A stretch of DNA of 64,000 nt from assembly GCA_964478755.1 (NCBI GenBank), contig CAYZJP010000007.1:1117-65116 (forward strand), read 5' to 3'. A program made the translations under genes and the position numbers. This DNA comes from an uncultured Klebsiella sp. (GTDB taxonomy: Bacteria; Verrucomicrobiota; Verrucomicrobiia; Limisphaerales; SXTU01). Shown here in pieces: positions 36,904 through 45,716 of this stretch (its first letter is position 1; each line of letters starts with the position of its first letter). The notes beneath the pieces are model-generated. The model was not told the origin of the DNA, did not search any database, and saw nothing but the letters and a program-made list of their open reading frames with translations.

Positions 36904-37563
36904 TTAGAGCCGGGGATTCAGCCAGCTCGCCAGCCCCGGCAGACTGCGTGTTTGGATCACAATTTTTCCGCGACCCTCGACGCGCGTCACAAAGCCCTCG
37001 CCGCCGAAGAAGCTGGAGAAAATTCCGCCGGCCAGTTGCAGCTTGAGTTTCATCTGCGGCTCGTAGGCCACGAGATGTCCCGTGTCCACGAGGTATTCGC
37101 CCTCCACCTGCCGCTCCAGCAGCTCGCCATACGCGCCATACCAGAGCGTGCCGGTGCCCGTGACGGTGAGGCGGAAAAGTCCTTCCAGCTCGAAGCCGCT
37201 CACCAACCCCGCCCACTTCACGCCGAGCTTCAGGCCCGGGGTGGACGCGATATACGCGCCGGGTTGGAGGCAGATCGTCTCGCCGTTGAGCTGCACCTCC
37301 CTCATGTTGCCGGGCGTGGTTTGCACGAGGGTCACTCGACGCGGCCCGCTCGTCGTGTTGGTGAAGACGTTGATGAACAGCGACTCGCCCGCGAGGAACT
37401 TCTTGGCGAGGCCGGAAAAGAACCCGCCGTTCAACGTCGCCTTCATCGCGAGGTCGGCGGCCATGCTGGACATCGCGTCGGACTCGGCGACGACGCTCTC
37501 GCCGGGGTCGAGGTCAACGTGCAGGTAGGCGAACGAGGGCGCGCCTTCGATGGTGGTTTTCAT
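36904..37563 (-). CDS. AIM24/TIGR00266 (DUF124) family protein, paralog 1
   Basis: 219-aa ORF with GESLFINVF, YLVDTGHLVAY and GGEGFVTRVEG. Lies 10 nt upstream of paralog 2. Confidence 0.75.
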   Translation of the reverse strand: MKTTIEGAPSFAYLHVDLDPGESVVAESDAMSSMAADLAMKATLNGGFFSGLAKKFLAGESLFINVFTNTTSGPRRVTLVQTTPGNMREVQLNGETICLQPGAYIASTPGLKLGVKWAGLVSGFELEGLFRLTVTGTGTLWYGAYGELLERQVEGEYLVDTGHLVAYEPQMKLKLQLAGGIFSSFFGGEGFVTRVEGRGKIVIQTRSLPGLASWLNPRL

Positions 37564-37708
37564 GTGGGATTTGAAAAGCGACTCAGGGATGAAAGACTTG
37601 CGCGGAGAGTGGAGTTGCCGCAGGACAAAGGCAAGCCAGCGTATGAAGCCGGTGGCAAAGAAAACATCTTCGCCCCTGCCCGTGCCCCGCTAGAAGATGA
37701 GGCTGCGT

Positions 37709-37990
37709 GGAGGTTTTCTGTCTTGGAGGTCGGGTGGTTCGTTCTGGTATCAAGGTTTTCTGTCCCGGAATCGAGGTATTCCGCGCCGGGGGCGAGGAGG
37801 CCCAGCTCAACCGCGAGGTATTCCAAGGCGGAATCAAGGTATTCCGGTTCAGCCACGAGGTTATCTGTCTCAGGTTCGAGGTTATTTGGCCCAGGTTCGA
37901 GGTATTCCGGGCCAGCCGTGAGGTTATCTGGTCCAACTTTGAGGTATTCTGACCCAGAATACCTCGTGGCTGACCCGGAAAACCTCATCT
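37709..37990. repeat. Degenerate tandem array with strict 21-bp period, ~12 direct units (core GAGGTATTC / GAGGTTATCTG) plus 2 inverted units
   Basis: AGGT of the core falls at 37711, (37732), 37753, 37774, (37795), 37816, 37837, 37858, 37879, 37900, 37921 and 37942. A perfect palindrome GAGGTATTCTG-acc-CAGAATACCTC sits at 37941-37965. Inverted cores (ACCT) fall at 37961 and 37982. The array lies immediately upstream of the AIM24 operon start (37563). Confidence 0.85.
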
Positions 37991-38237
37991 CCCGCCCGGA
38001 GTTGGCTATTTTTATACACCCTCACCTCCGCTCTGCCCATCAAACCTCCCCGTCCGGTTGCCTTCTGGAACGGATGGGAGTGCGCGCCAGCGGCTTGGAC
38101 GGCCGTAGCACTCTGCCGCTTTGGTGATCGTCGGGGAAATCACGCGCCGGGCCAATGAGCGGCGGCGTCCAACCCCTTTCCGCCCGTTGTGTCTGCGCTT
38201 CACAGCTCCGCGACGAGGCGTCACAGTCCCGGGCAGC

Positions 38238-38984
38238 ATGAGCGGACCAGCATCAGTCTGGACGAGCGTCGCCCGCATCCTCGCCACGGCGGCGACGGGG
38301 TTGGTTTTGCTGGGCGTGGCCGCGTGTGATGGCAGCAAGAAGAAACCGCAGCCCCAGCCCGGAACCAACGCGCCCGCGCCATCCCCGGTCCCGCCGCCCG
38401 CGCCAACAAACGCGCCCGCCAAGAGCAAGCCCGAGGTCCGGTCGCCGGCGGAGTTGTTTCAGGCCGGATTGAAACTGTGGGAAGGCAAGGGCGTGACGCG
38501 AGACCCGGCGGAGGCGGTGAAGTTGTTTTCCAAGGCCGCCGAGCAGGGCAACGCGGACGCGCAGGCTTATCTCGCGAGCGCGTATCGCACCGGCGGCGGC
38601 GTGCCGAAGAATCCCGAGGAGGCGGCGCGGTGGTTCCGGGCCGCCGCCGAGCGCGGCGACGCGCGGTCGCAGGGCGTGCTGGCCTCGATGTATGGCACCG
38701 GCGAGGGCGTGCCCAAGGACAACGCCGAGGCGGTGAAGTGGTATCGGCTCGCCGCCGAGCAGGGTCTGGTGCGCGCGCAGGCAAACCTCGGCGCGATGTA
38801 TTTCCTCGGCCAGGGCGTGGCGAAGGATCCGGTGGAAGCCTACAAGTGGCTCCACCTCGCCGCGACCAAGGGCGACCAGGAAGCCGTGAAGAATCGCGGG
38901 CTGGTGGCGCAAAAACTTTCCGGGCCGCAGATGATCGAGGGCCGGAAACGCGCGGCGGAGTTCGTGCCGGCCAAGGCGAGATAA
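38238..38984 (+). CDS. Sel1-repeat lipoprotein
   Basis: Track ORF is 38121..38984, trimmed to ATG 38238. Lipobox LLGVAAC, then four or more Sel1 repeats (GNADAQAYLASAYRTGGGVPKNPEEAARWF, etc.). Confidence 0.8.
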   Translation: MSGPASVWTSVARILATAATGLVLLGVAACDGSKKKPQPQPGTNAPAPSPVPPPAPTNAPAKSKPEVRSPAELFQAGLKLWEGKGVTRDPAEAVKLFSKAAEQGNADAQAYLASAYRTGGGVPKNPEEAARWFRAAAERGDARSQGVLASMYGTGEGVPKDNAEAVKWYRLAAEQGLVRAQANLGAMYFLGQGVAKDPVEAYKWLHLAATKGDQEAVKNRGLVAQKLSGPQMIEGRKRAAEFVPAKAR

Positions 38985-39077
38985 TTTTACTATTGGCCAG
39001 CGCGAAGTTTGGCCCCGTGCCTTGACGCATCGCCGCCGGCTGCCATTATCCACGGCGCGAGATTTGGTTCTGAGCTT

Positions 39078-39443
39078 ATGCCTACCTACGATTACGTGTG
39101 CGAGAAGTGCGGCCACCAGTTTGAGAAAGTCCAGTCCATGAAGGACGCGGCCCTGACCAAGTGCCTCAAGGAGAACTGCGGCCAGAAACGCTGGGGCAAG
39201 GGCAAGGTGCGCCGCGTCATGAGCGCGGGCGCGGGGCTGATCTTCAAGGGCAGCGGCTTCTACATCACCGACTACCGCAGCGAGAATTACAAGTCGGACG
39301 CAAAGAAGGATGTGGCTCCGACCGCAAGTTCCACTGGCGAGAGCAAAGGCACTTCCGACAGCAAGCCCGCCGCTCCCGCCACGCCGGCTCCCGCCGCCAA
39401 GACCGAGAGCAAGCCGGCCAAAGCGAAGCCCGCCGCAGCTTGA
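39078..39443 (+). CDS. FmdB-family zinc-ribbon protein (CxxC...CxxC) with a low-complexity tail
   Basis: MPTYDYVCEKCGHQFEKVQSMKDAALTKCLKENCGQ, in frame within track ORF 39009..39443. Confidence 0.75.
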   Translation: MPTYDYVCEKCGHQFEKVQSMKDAALTKCLKENCGQKRWGKGKVRRVMSAGAGLIFKGSGFYITDYRSENYKSDAKKDVAPTASSTGESKGTSDSKPAAPATPAPAAKTESKPAKAKPAAA

Positions 39444-39447
39444 GTTC

Positions 39448-40809
39448 ATGCACGCGCCCGCCGTCCTGTGCCACCGCCGCGTCCGTCCGTGCCACGCCCT
39501 GATGGCGCTGCTCGCGTGGCTGGTGGCTGTGGATGTTTCCTGTGGGCAGGCGCCCATCGCCATGCCGGGCCTGATGCGTTTCGAGAGTCGTTCCTTGCAG
39601 TTCATTGTGTTCGGCGCACCGGTCGGCACGCTGCAGGGTCCGCCGTCGCTTTCGCTCCTCGAGTCCAATCACATGCAGATGGAGCCTGCCCTGCTGGTGA
39701 TGACCTCCGAGCGCGTGAAGACCGAACTGCTCAGGGAACTGGGCCTCGGCGACAACTGGACCGGCCGCATCGTGATCACCGTGCGCGGTGAACTTCCCCC
39801 GACCGAACCGGTGACCATCGAGTCGCAATGGTTCGCCACTGGCTGGCGCTATCGCGTGGTCTTGCCGGGACAGCTCGAACGCACGCGTCTGGTGCGCGCG
39901 TTGACCCGCGCGCTGCTGCTGGAAATCGCCAACCGGGAAAATCCCACCCAGCGACCAGTCGAGATACCGCTCTGGCTTGAGGAAGGTTTCGCCACTCACC
40001 TGCTCGCGCTGAACGGCGACAACCTGGTGCCGGAGATTCGCACGCGCCTCACCAGCGTTCAGAGCGCCACCCCCGATGTCTTCCTCGAAGCCCGCCAGCG
40101 CCTGCGCGGACGCGAGCTGGTGGCGTTTGCCGATCTCGCCATGCTCCACTCCGACCAGCTCGAGAATGAGCAATGGGAAGTGTTCCGCCGCACCGCGCAT
40201 TTGCTCGTGGCGGAGCTGCTGAACCTTCCGGATGGTCGCGCCTCATTGCAAACGATGCTCCGTCAATTGCCCACGTATCTGAACAGCCAGCTCGCGTTCC
40301 AACACGCCTTCGCGGCGCAGTTCCCCACGCTCCTCGACGTGGAGAAATGGTGGTCCGTCGTGTGGATGGATTTCACCGCGCGTGACCAACGGATGCGGCA
40401 CACGCTGGCGCACAGCCTCGGCCAGCTCGATGAAATTCTCGCCGCGCCCATCTCCGTCCGCCTCGGCACCAACGCCGTGCCGGGCCGCAAGGACTTGCCC
40501 CTCCGCGAAGTCATCGCGCACACCGAGTTCGCCCGGCACCAGCCCGCCGTCGCGCAGGCCGCGCTGCAGCTTCAACTTCTGCAAAGCGCCGCGCCCATAG
40601 AACTGGCTCGGCTCATCAGCGATTATCGCCGGACGCTGCTCGCCTACCTCCGCCGCCGCTCCGATTTCAAGTCCGTCTCCAAAAGTGCCGACGCCAAAAT
40701 CGCGACCGAGGACGTGCTGGAAAAGCTCGACCTGCTCGACGTGATTCGCGGTGACTTCCGCCGGCTGGACACTGCGGCCTCCGCTGCTGGCCCGACCGGG
40801 CCGGAGTAA
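39448..40809 (+). CDS. Hypothetical exported protein
   Basis: Track ORF is 39310..40809, trimmed to ATG 39448, which is 5 nt after the fmdB-like stop. Hydrophobic N-terminus (ALMALLAWLVAV). I recognised no family. The start is uncertain. Confidence 0.55.
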   Translation: MHAPAVLCHRRVRPCHALMALLAWLVAVDVSCGQAPIAMPGLMRFESRSLQFIVFGAPVGTLQGPPSLSLLESNHMQMEPALLVMTSERVKTELLRELGLGDNWTGRIVITVRGELPPTEPVTIESQWFATGWRYRVVLPGQLERTRLVRALTRALLLEIANRENPTQRPVEIPLWLEEGFATHLLALNGDNLVPEIRTRLTSVQSATPDVFLEARQRLRGRELVAFADLAMLHSDQLENEQWEVFRRTAHLLVAELLNLPDGRASLQTMLRQLPTYLNSQLAFQHAFAAQFPTLLDVEKWWSVVWMDFTARDQRMRHTLAHSLGQLDEILAAPISVRLGTNAVPGRKDLPLREVIAHTEFARHQPAVAQAALQLQLLQSAAPIELARLISDYRRTLLAYLRRRSDFKSVSKSADAKIATEDVLEKLDLLDVIRGDFRRLDTAASAAGPTGPE

Positions 40810-40864
40810 ACCGCCGCCGCCTCTCTCCGTTTGCAACCTCAACCTTAATCGCAATCCCGTCCCC

Positions 40865-41809
40865 GTGTCCCCTGCCCTCTCCGACCTCCGCGCCGCCGCT
40901 GCCCGCATCGCCGACACCGTCCACCGGACGCCGGTGCTGACCAGCAATAGTCTCGACGAACTGGCTGGCGCGACGCTTTTCTTCAAGTGTGAAAACTTCC
41001 AGAAAGGCGGCGCTTACAAATTCCGCGGCGCCCTCAACGCCGTGCGCCAGCTCACCGACGAGCAGGCCGCGCGCGGCGTGGTCACGCACTCCTCCGGCAA
41101 TCACGCCACGTGCCTCTCATTAGCCGCACGTCTCCACCGGATCCCGGCCTACATCGTCGTGCCTCGCAACGCCCCGCTCATCAAGCAGCGCGCCATCACC
41201 GCCTACGGTGGACGGCTCACACTCTGCGAGCCGACACTCGCGGCTCGCCAAGCCGAGGCCGACCGCATCCAGCGGGAGACAGGCGCGGCTTTCATTCACC
41301 CCTACGACGATGCGAGGGTCGTCGCCGGCCAGGCCACCGTCGCGCTCGAGATGTTCGAACAAGTCCCCACGCTCGATGCGCTCGTCGCACCCGTCAGCGG
41401 CGGCGGGCTTCTCAGCGGACTTTGCATCGCTGCCCGCGCTGTCGCACCAGACACTCGGGTTTGGGGAGCCGAGCCCGCGCTTGCTGACGACGCCTTCCGT
41501 TCCTTGCGCGAAGGCCGGCTGCTGCCCAACACCAACACCGCGACCATCGCCGACGGCCTGCGTGCGTCCCTGAGCGAGCGCACCTTCAACATAATCCGCA
41601 GCCACGCGCGCGGCATTGTCACCGTGACCGAGGAGCAAATCATTACTGCGATGCGGCTCGTGTGGGAGCGGCTGAAAATCATTGTCGAACCTTCCGCCGC
41701 CGTCCCCTTCGCCGCCGTTCTGTCCGCTCCGGAAAAATTCCACGGCAAGCGCGTCGGCGTCGTGCTCACCGGTGGCAACGTGGACTTGGACAAATTGCCT
41801 TGGCAGTGA
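40865..41809 (+). CDS. PLP-dependent threonine/serine dehydratase family protein
   Basis: HRTPVLTSNSLDELAGATLFFKCENFQKGGAYKFRGALNA (PLP lysine context), SSGNHA and GGGLLSG. The track start 40751 overlaps the upstream gene, so I chose the in-frame GTG 40865. The start is uncertain. Confidence 0.8.
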   Translation: MSPALSDLRAAAARIADTVHRTPVLTSNSLDELAGATLFFKCENFQKGGAYKFRGALNAVRQLTDEQAARGVVTHSSGNHATCLSLAARLHRIPAYIVVPRNAPLIKQRAITAYGGRLTLCEPTLAARQAEADRIQRETGAAFIHPYDDARVVAGQATVALEMFEQVPTLDALVAPVSGGGLLSGLCIAARAVAPDTRVWGAEPALADDAFRSLREGRLLPNTNTATIADGLRASLSERTFNIIRSHARGIVTVTEEQIITAMRLVWERLKIIVEPSAAVPFAAVLSAPEKFHGKRVGVVLTGGNVDLDKLPWQ

Positions 41810-41834
41810 AAACGCGACCACTTAAGTCGTCTCC

Positions 41835-42641
41835 TCAAGCCTCCTGACCGGCCCAAGCCACCGAGAGAACGCAGTCCGGTCCAATCCAGCTCCGACAGCG
41901 CAGCGCGGGCTGATGGGCGTAACGCCCAACCCACGTTCCACTTTCTCCAGGTCGAATTTCCGCCAGTGCCAGCGTCTCCCACGGACACGCCAGCCCACAG
42001 CCGAGCGCCTTGCCCAGTGCTTCGCGCGCCGTCCAGAGCAACAGCAGAGCGGTCACTTCCGGGAGCGACACACTTCTCAACCAAGCTTCCTCGAAAGACG
42101 ACAGCGGCACGGCCTTCCGAACTGTCTCCGCACGCCGCGCGTCAATGAGCTCCAAGTCCACCCCGGCTTTCTGTCCACGGGGAAAGGCGACTGCCACGCC
42201 GCGTCCGTTCACGTGGCTCAGGCTCACGCCAAACTCACAATCCACCGGTGCCAGCGCCATCGGTTCGCCGTGCGAGCCGTTCGTGATTTCGATTACGCGC
42301 AACTTGCGAGCGATGCCCTCTACCTCTCCCCCGGTCAAGAAGTGATTTGGGATGAGAGGGTGGTTTATGCCGGGCGCGTGTGCTTCTTCCACGCACGCCA
42401 CAAGAGCCAGCTTCGCTGAGAGTCGTCCCAACGAGAAATTATCGCGTGGCTGGCCAGACTTGAACACGCCGGCGCGCAGGGATTCAGCGCGGGTCAAAAA
42501 ATTTCCCGGCGAAACCTCCGCGAAATCCGCCAAACCCGCGTGGGCAAACCACGCCGTCCACGCCGGTTCTTCCAGCGCCAAGCGCACGGCGCGCTCAGTG
42601 AGCGGGCGTGGTGCGACGAGCGTTTGCCAGTCGGGAATCAT
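41835..42641 (-). CDS. Sfp-type 4'-phosphopantetheinyl transferase
   Basis: Track ORF is 41835..42923, trimmed to ATG 42641 (MIPDWQ...). That ATG overlaps the oleD stop by 1 nt (TGATG). Contains GVDLELID and WTAREALGKALG (W/KEA motif). Confidence 0.75.
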   Translation of the reverse strand: MIPDWQTLVAPRPLTERAVRLALEEPAWTAWFAHAGLADFAEVSPGNFLTRAESLRAGVFKSGQPRDNFSLGRLSAKLALVACVEEAHAPGINHPLIPNHFLTGGEVEGIARKLRVIEITNGSHGEPMALAPVDCEFGVSLSHVNGRGVAVAFPRGQKAGVDLELIDARRAETVRKAVPLSSFEEAWLRSVSLPEVTALLLLWTAREALGKALGCGLACPWETLALAEIRPGESGTWVGRYAHQPALRCRSWIGPDCVLSVAWAGQEA

Positions 42642-43633
42642 CAGCCGCCTCGCTTCAAGTGTTCCGCCAGTCGGCGCAAACCTTCCTCCGTGGACACGCG
42701 CGGCACGTAGCCAAAATCGCGCTTCGACGCGGAGATGTCGAACCAGTGCGCCGTCGTCATTTCGCGCACGACGAAGCGCGTCAGGCGCGGCTCGCGCCCG
42801 CTGCGGGTCAGCGTGTGCGCCATCTCGAAACACGCCGCGAGGAACATCGCCAGCCCCGCCGGCACCGTCCGCGTGACCGGCGGCAACGCGGCGGCCGCGA
42901 GCAGGCGGTTCACCATTTCCCACAGTTCAACCGGCTCGCCGTTCGAGATGAAGTAAGCCTTGCCCGCGCACGGCGAACCCGGCGCGAGCGCATCCGCTGC
43001 GAGCAGGTGCGCGTCCGCGGCGTTCTCGATGTAAATCGTGTCCACGAGCTTTTGCCGCGAGCCGATGCGGCGGAGCTGTCCGGCCTTTGCGCGCGCGATG
43101 AGGCGCGGCAGCAAGTGATTGTCGCCCGGCCCCCAGATGAGATGCGGACGCAGCGCGACCGTCGCGAGCTGCGGGCTGTTTGCGGCGAGGACAAGTTTTT
43201 CCGCCGCCGCCTTCGTGCGCGGATAGTGCGCCTCGAAGTGCGATGGAATCGGAACCGATTCATCCACGCCCTCCATGTCGCACCCGTCGAAGATCACGCT
43301 CGGCGAACTGGTGTGAACGAGCTTTCGCACACCGTGCCGGCGGCACGCCGCGATGACGTTCTCCGTGCCGGTGACGTTCGCGCGATGATATTCCTCGTAA
43401 GCGCCCCAAACGCCCGCCTTCGCCGCGACGTGAAAAACGATGTCACAGCCCGCAGCCGCAGCAGAAACGGCCACAGCAACACCGATGTCGCCGCGCACTT
43501 GTTCGACGCCGAGTTCGCGCAACGCCGTGTGCTCGTGCCGCGAAAAGCTCCGCACATCCGCACCGCGCTGCCGCAGCGCGCGCGCGATGGCGAGCCCGAG
43601 AAATCCGCCGCCGCCGGTGACGAGTGCCTTCAT
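42641..43633 (-). CDS. oleD: NAD(P)-dependent 3-beta-HSD/epimerase-family reductase, OleD-like
   Basis: 330-aa ORF: MKALVTGGGGFLGLAIARAL (Rossmann fold), YPRTKAAAE (YxxxK). Sits with the oleABC-like genes. Confidence 0.7.
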   Translation of the reverse strand: MKALVTGGGGFLGLAIARALRQRGADVRSFSRHEHTALRELGVEQVRGDIGVAVAVSAAAAGCDIVFHVAAKAGVWGAYEEYHRANVTGTENVIAACRRHGVRKLVHTSSPSVIFDGCDMEGVDESVPIPSHFEAHYPRTKAAAEKLVLAANSPQLATVALRPHLIWGPGDNHLLPRLIARAKAGQLRRIGSRQKLVDTIYIENAADAHLLAADALAPGSPCAGKAYFISNGEPVELWEMVNRLLAAAALPPVTRTVPAGLAMFLAACFEMAHTLTRSGREPRLTRFVVREMTTAHWFDISASKRDFGYVPRVSTEEGLRRLAEHLKRGG

Positions 43634-43647
43634 GAATATCTAAAGTT

Positions 43648-43794
43648 GGGGAGCGCGCCCGCCCCGGGCGCCGCCAACCGCGCCCTCGCGGCTGGCCGTT
43701 GCGCGCACGAACACGAAAACTTTCCGTGCATCGGACGCGCCCGGCGGTCGCCGCGAGGGCGCGGCGACCGACACGCGGGGCGCGTGTGCTCCCC
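43648..43794. repeat. PAL-1 element, intergenic copy (oleC-oleD gap)
   Basis: Starts GGGGAGCGCGCCCGCCCC and ends GGGGCGCGTGTGCTCCCC. About 147 bp, the same length class as the coding copies. Confidence 0.7.
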
Positions 43795-43882
43795 GGCGCG
43801 GGAACTCGGCGAGCGGAAAATATTGTGACGTTGCATGCCCATGAGTCCTTTGCAAAATCGCGTTTTATCCCAATGAAAATAG

Positions 43883-44031
43883 CCCAGCGCTTTAGCGCTG
43901 GGAAGACGGAGGGTTGGCGTGGCGCAAGTCCCGCCGGGACGAAAGAAATTCTGTCGTCCCTGACGGGACTCATTTTGTGCTCGCGCCCTGATTACCCAGC
44001 GTTGAAACGCCGGGCTATCATCAACGGCGTT
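43883..44031. repeat. PAL-6 multi-hairpin element, intergenic (oleC-oleD gap)
   Basis: Hairpins CCCAGCGCtttaGCGCTGGG (43883-43902), GTCCCgccGGGAC, GTCCCtgacGGGAC and AACGCC...GGCGTT (44006-44031). Single copy in the window. Its family status rests on my memory of similar PVC intergenic repeats. Confidence 0.5.
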
Positions 44032-44045
44032 TTTGAGAGGTTTCC

Positions 44046-45716
44046 TCATGTCCGTTGCTTCGCCGCCCACACGGCGAGTTTCTCGCGGAAGATTTTTGCG
44101 TTGTGCCGGATGTCCACGGGGAACGCGGGGTGAAACAAAATGTTCCGAATCTCGCGAGTGTGCGCGTGCGCCGCGCCGAGCGAGAGAAGTTCACTTCGCA
44201 GTTTGCCTTCGTCCTGTCCGCGCGCGCCGGCCTCCAGCTCGATGCAAATTACCGGCTCCGTATCGTCACCATTCGGCACGCCCACTAGCGCGCTGCGAAA
44301 GACAGCGGGATGCGTGTTGAAAATCGCCTCGCACGGAATCGTGAACAGCGTCCCGGCCCGCGTGGTGACGCGGTGTGATTTGCGCCCGCAAAACCAGATG
44401 CGCCCGCGCTCGTCGAGCCAGCCCACGTCGCCCATGCGATGCCAGAACGCGCCGCTTGCGCCGGAGATTTTTGCATGCGCAGTGGCATCAGCGCGATTGA
44501 AGTAGGCCCGCGACGCTTGCGCGGCCTGCACAGCGATTTCGCCGATCTCGCCGCGTGGAAGTTCAAGCGAATCGCTCCACGCGGCGATGGGTTCGTCCGT
44601 GATGCGGATGATTTTCACCGCAAGACCAGGCACGGGCGCACCGACGCAGACGCCCTTGCCGTGGTCGGTCTGCGCGCGGGTCTCGTTGAGAATTTCGTCA
44701 CTGCCGATGCTGGCGACGGGCAGGCACTCGGTCGCGCCGTAGGGCGTGAAGACCTGTGCACCATCAGAAAGCAGTTTCGCGAAACGACCGAGCACCTTCG
44801 CAGGCACGGGCGCGCCAGCGGAGATGACGCGGCGCAGCGTCGGGAGTTTTGTATTGTGTAATTCGCCGTGGCGGCCCACGCGGTTGATGAGCGCGGGCGA
44901 GCCGAACATGTTCGTCACGCGGAAGCGCTCGATGGCGGCGATGATTTTTACCGGATCGGCCTGCGCGGGGCGCGTGAAGTCCATTTCCGGCAGCACCTCG
45001 GTCATGCCGAGCGCGGGGCCGAACAGCGCGAAGAGCGGGAACGTGGGCAAATCAATCTCACCCGGCTGAATGTTGTAGAGCCGGCGCACCTGCTCGATTT
45101 GCGCGGAAAACATCTCGTGCGTGTAGAGGACGCCCTTGGGTGCGCCGGTGCTGCCGCTGGTGAACAGAATGGCGGCGGTTTCTTTTGGCTCGGAGGCAAC
45201 AGTGTTGAAAGGATGGTCCGAATCAAAGCCAAGTTGTTCGATTTGCTTCAATGTATGCCCGCCCCAGAACCATTTTCTGCCAACCGTGACCGGGCGATAA
45301 ATCGTTCTTGCTCCCCAGCCGAGCAGCACGCGCGCGGCGTGCGCTTTGGGAACGCCGATGAAGGCTTCCGGCTCCGCCTCCGCGAAGCAGTTGGCGAAAT
45401 TTTTCAAACCGATACCCGGATCAATCAGCACCGGCACTGCGCCGACACGGAACAGCGCGAAGGTCAGCGCGAAGAAGTCGAGGCTCGGCGGCACCATCAG
45501 CGCGGTGCGTGTTTCTCGCGTTATTCCGATGCGCTCAAGTCCGGCAGCGATCCAGTGGGATTTTTCATTCAGTTCGCGAAAGGTGAGTTGCGAATAAGTG
45601 AGCTTCCCAAAGCCATCACGCTGCGGCGCAATGACGGCGGGCGTGTCCGGCTGCCGCCCAGCCATCACGGCGAGGTGCGACGAGATGTTTGCTGTAGCCG
45701 TCGCAGGCACGTTCAC
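44046..45716 (-). CDS. oleC: AMP-dependent synthetase family, OleC-like (beta-lactone synthetase)
   Basis: 556-aa ORF with the adenylation motif ILFTSGSTGAPKGVLYTH. Its GTG start overlaps the oleB stop by 4 nt (GTGA). Confidence 0.75.
   Translation of the reverse strand: MNVPATATANISSHLAVMAGRQPDTPAVIAPQRDGFGKLTYSQLTFRELNEKSHWIAAGLERIGITRETRTALMVPPSLDFFALTFALFRVGAVPVLIDPGIGLKNFANCFAEAEPEAFIGVPKAHAARVLLGWGARTIYRPVTVGRKWFWGGHTLKQIEQLGFDSDHPFNTVASEPKETAAILFTSGSTGAPKGVLYTHEMFSAQIEQVRRLYNIQPGEIDLPTFPLFALFGPALGMTEVLPEMDFTRPAQADPVKIIAAIERFRVTNMFGSPALINRVGRHGELHNTKLPTLRRVISAGAPVPAKVLGRFAKLLSDGAQVFTPYGATECLPVASIGSDEILNETRAQTDHGKGVCVGAPVPGLAVKIIRITDEPIAAWSDSLELPRGEIGEIAVQAAQASRAYFNRADATAHAKISGASGAFWHRMGDVGWLDERGRIWFCGRKSHRVTTRAGTLFTIPCEAIFNTHPAVFRSALVGVPNGDDTEPVICIELEAGARGQDEGKLRSELLSLGAAHAHTREIRNILFHPAFPVDIRHNAKIFREKLAVWAAKQRT

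Noticed and set aside
37560-37988. 142-aa heptad-repeat ORF (PEYLEPG/PNNLEPE...) ending in an ATGA overlap with the first AIM24 gene.
   Set aside because: Not called as a CDS. Several frames on both strands are open across the 21-bp array (four overlapping track ORFs). Third-position GC is about 50% by eye, against about 85% in neighbouring genes. The ATGA overlap is just the first stop in that frame. It is kept as an alternative hypothesis in the findings.
39021-39048. TTGACG-N16-CATTAT upstream of the FmdB-like gene, considered as a promoter.
   Set aside because: Only 4 of 6 positions match in the -10 box and there is no supporting feature. Such matches are expected by chance, so it is not listed as a feature.
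44006-44036. AACGCC...GGCGTT hairpin followed by TTTTT, considered as the oleC terminator.
   Set aside because: The T-run follows the hairpin only on the plus strand, and oleC is on the minus strand. On the minus strand the hairpin is followed by TCAACGC, so it is not a convincing intrinsic terminator for the operon.
43443-44133. Track ORFs in the oleC-oleD gap (43443..43973, 43630..44070, 43640..43855, 43699..44133) as possible small genes.
   Set aside because: They are translations of the PAL-1 and PAL-6 repeat DNA in several overlapping frames, with low-complexity Arg/Pro/Ala sequence. None has a plausible start context.
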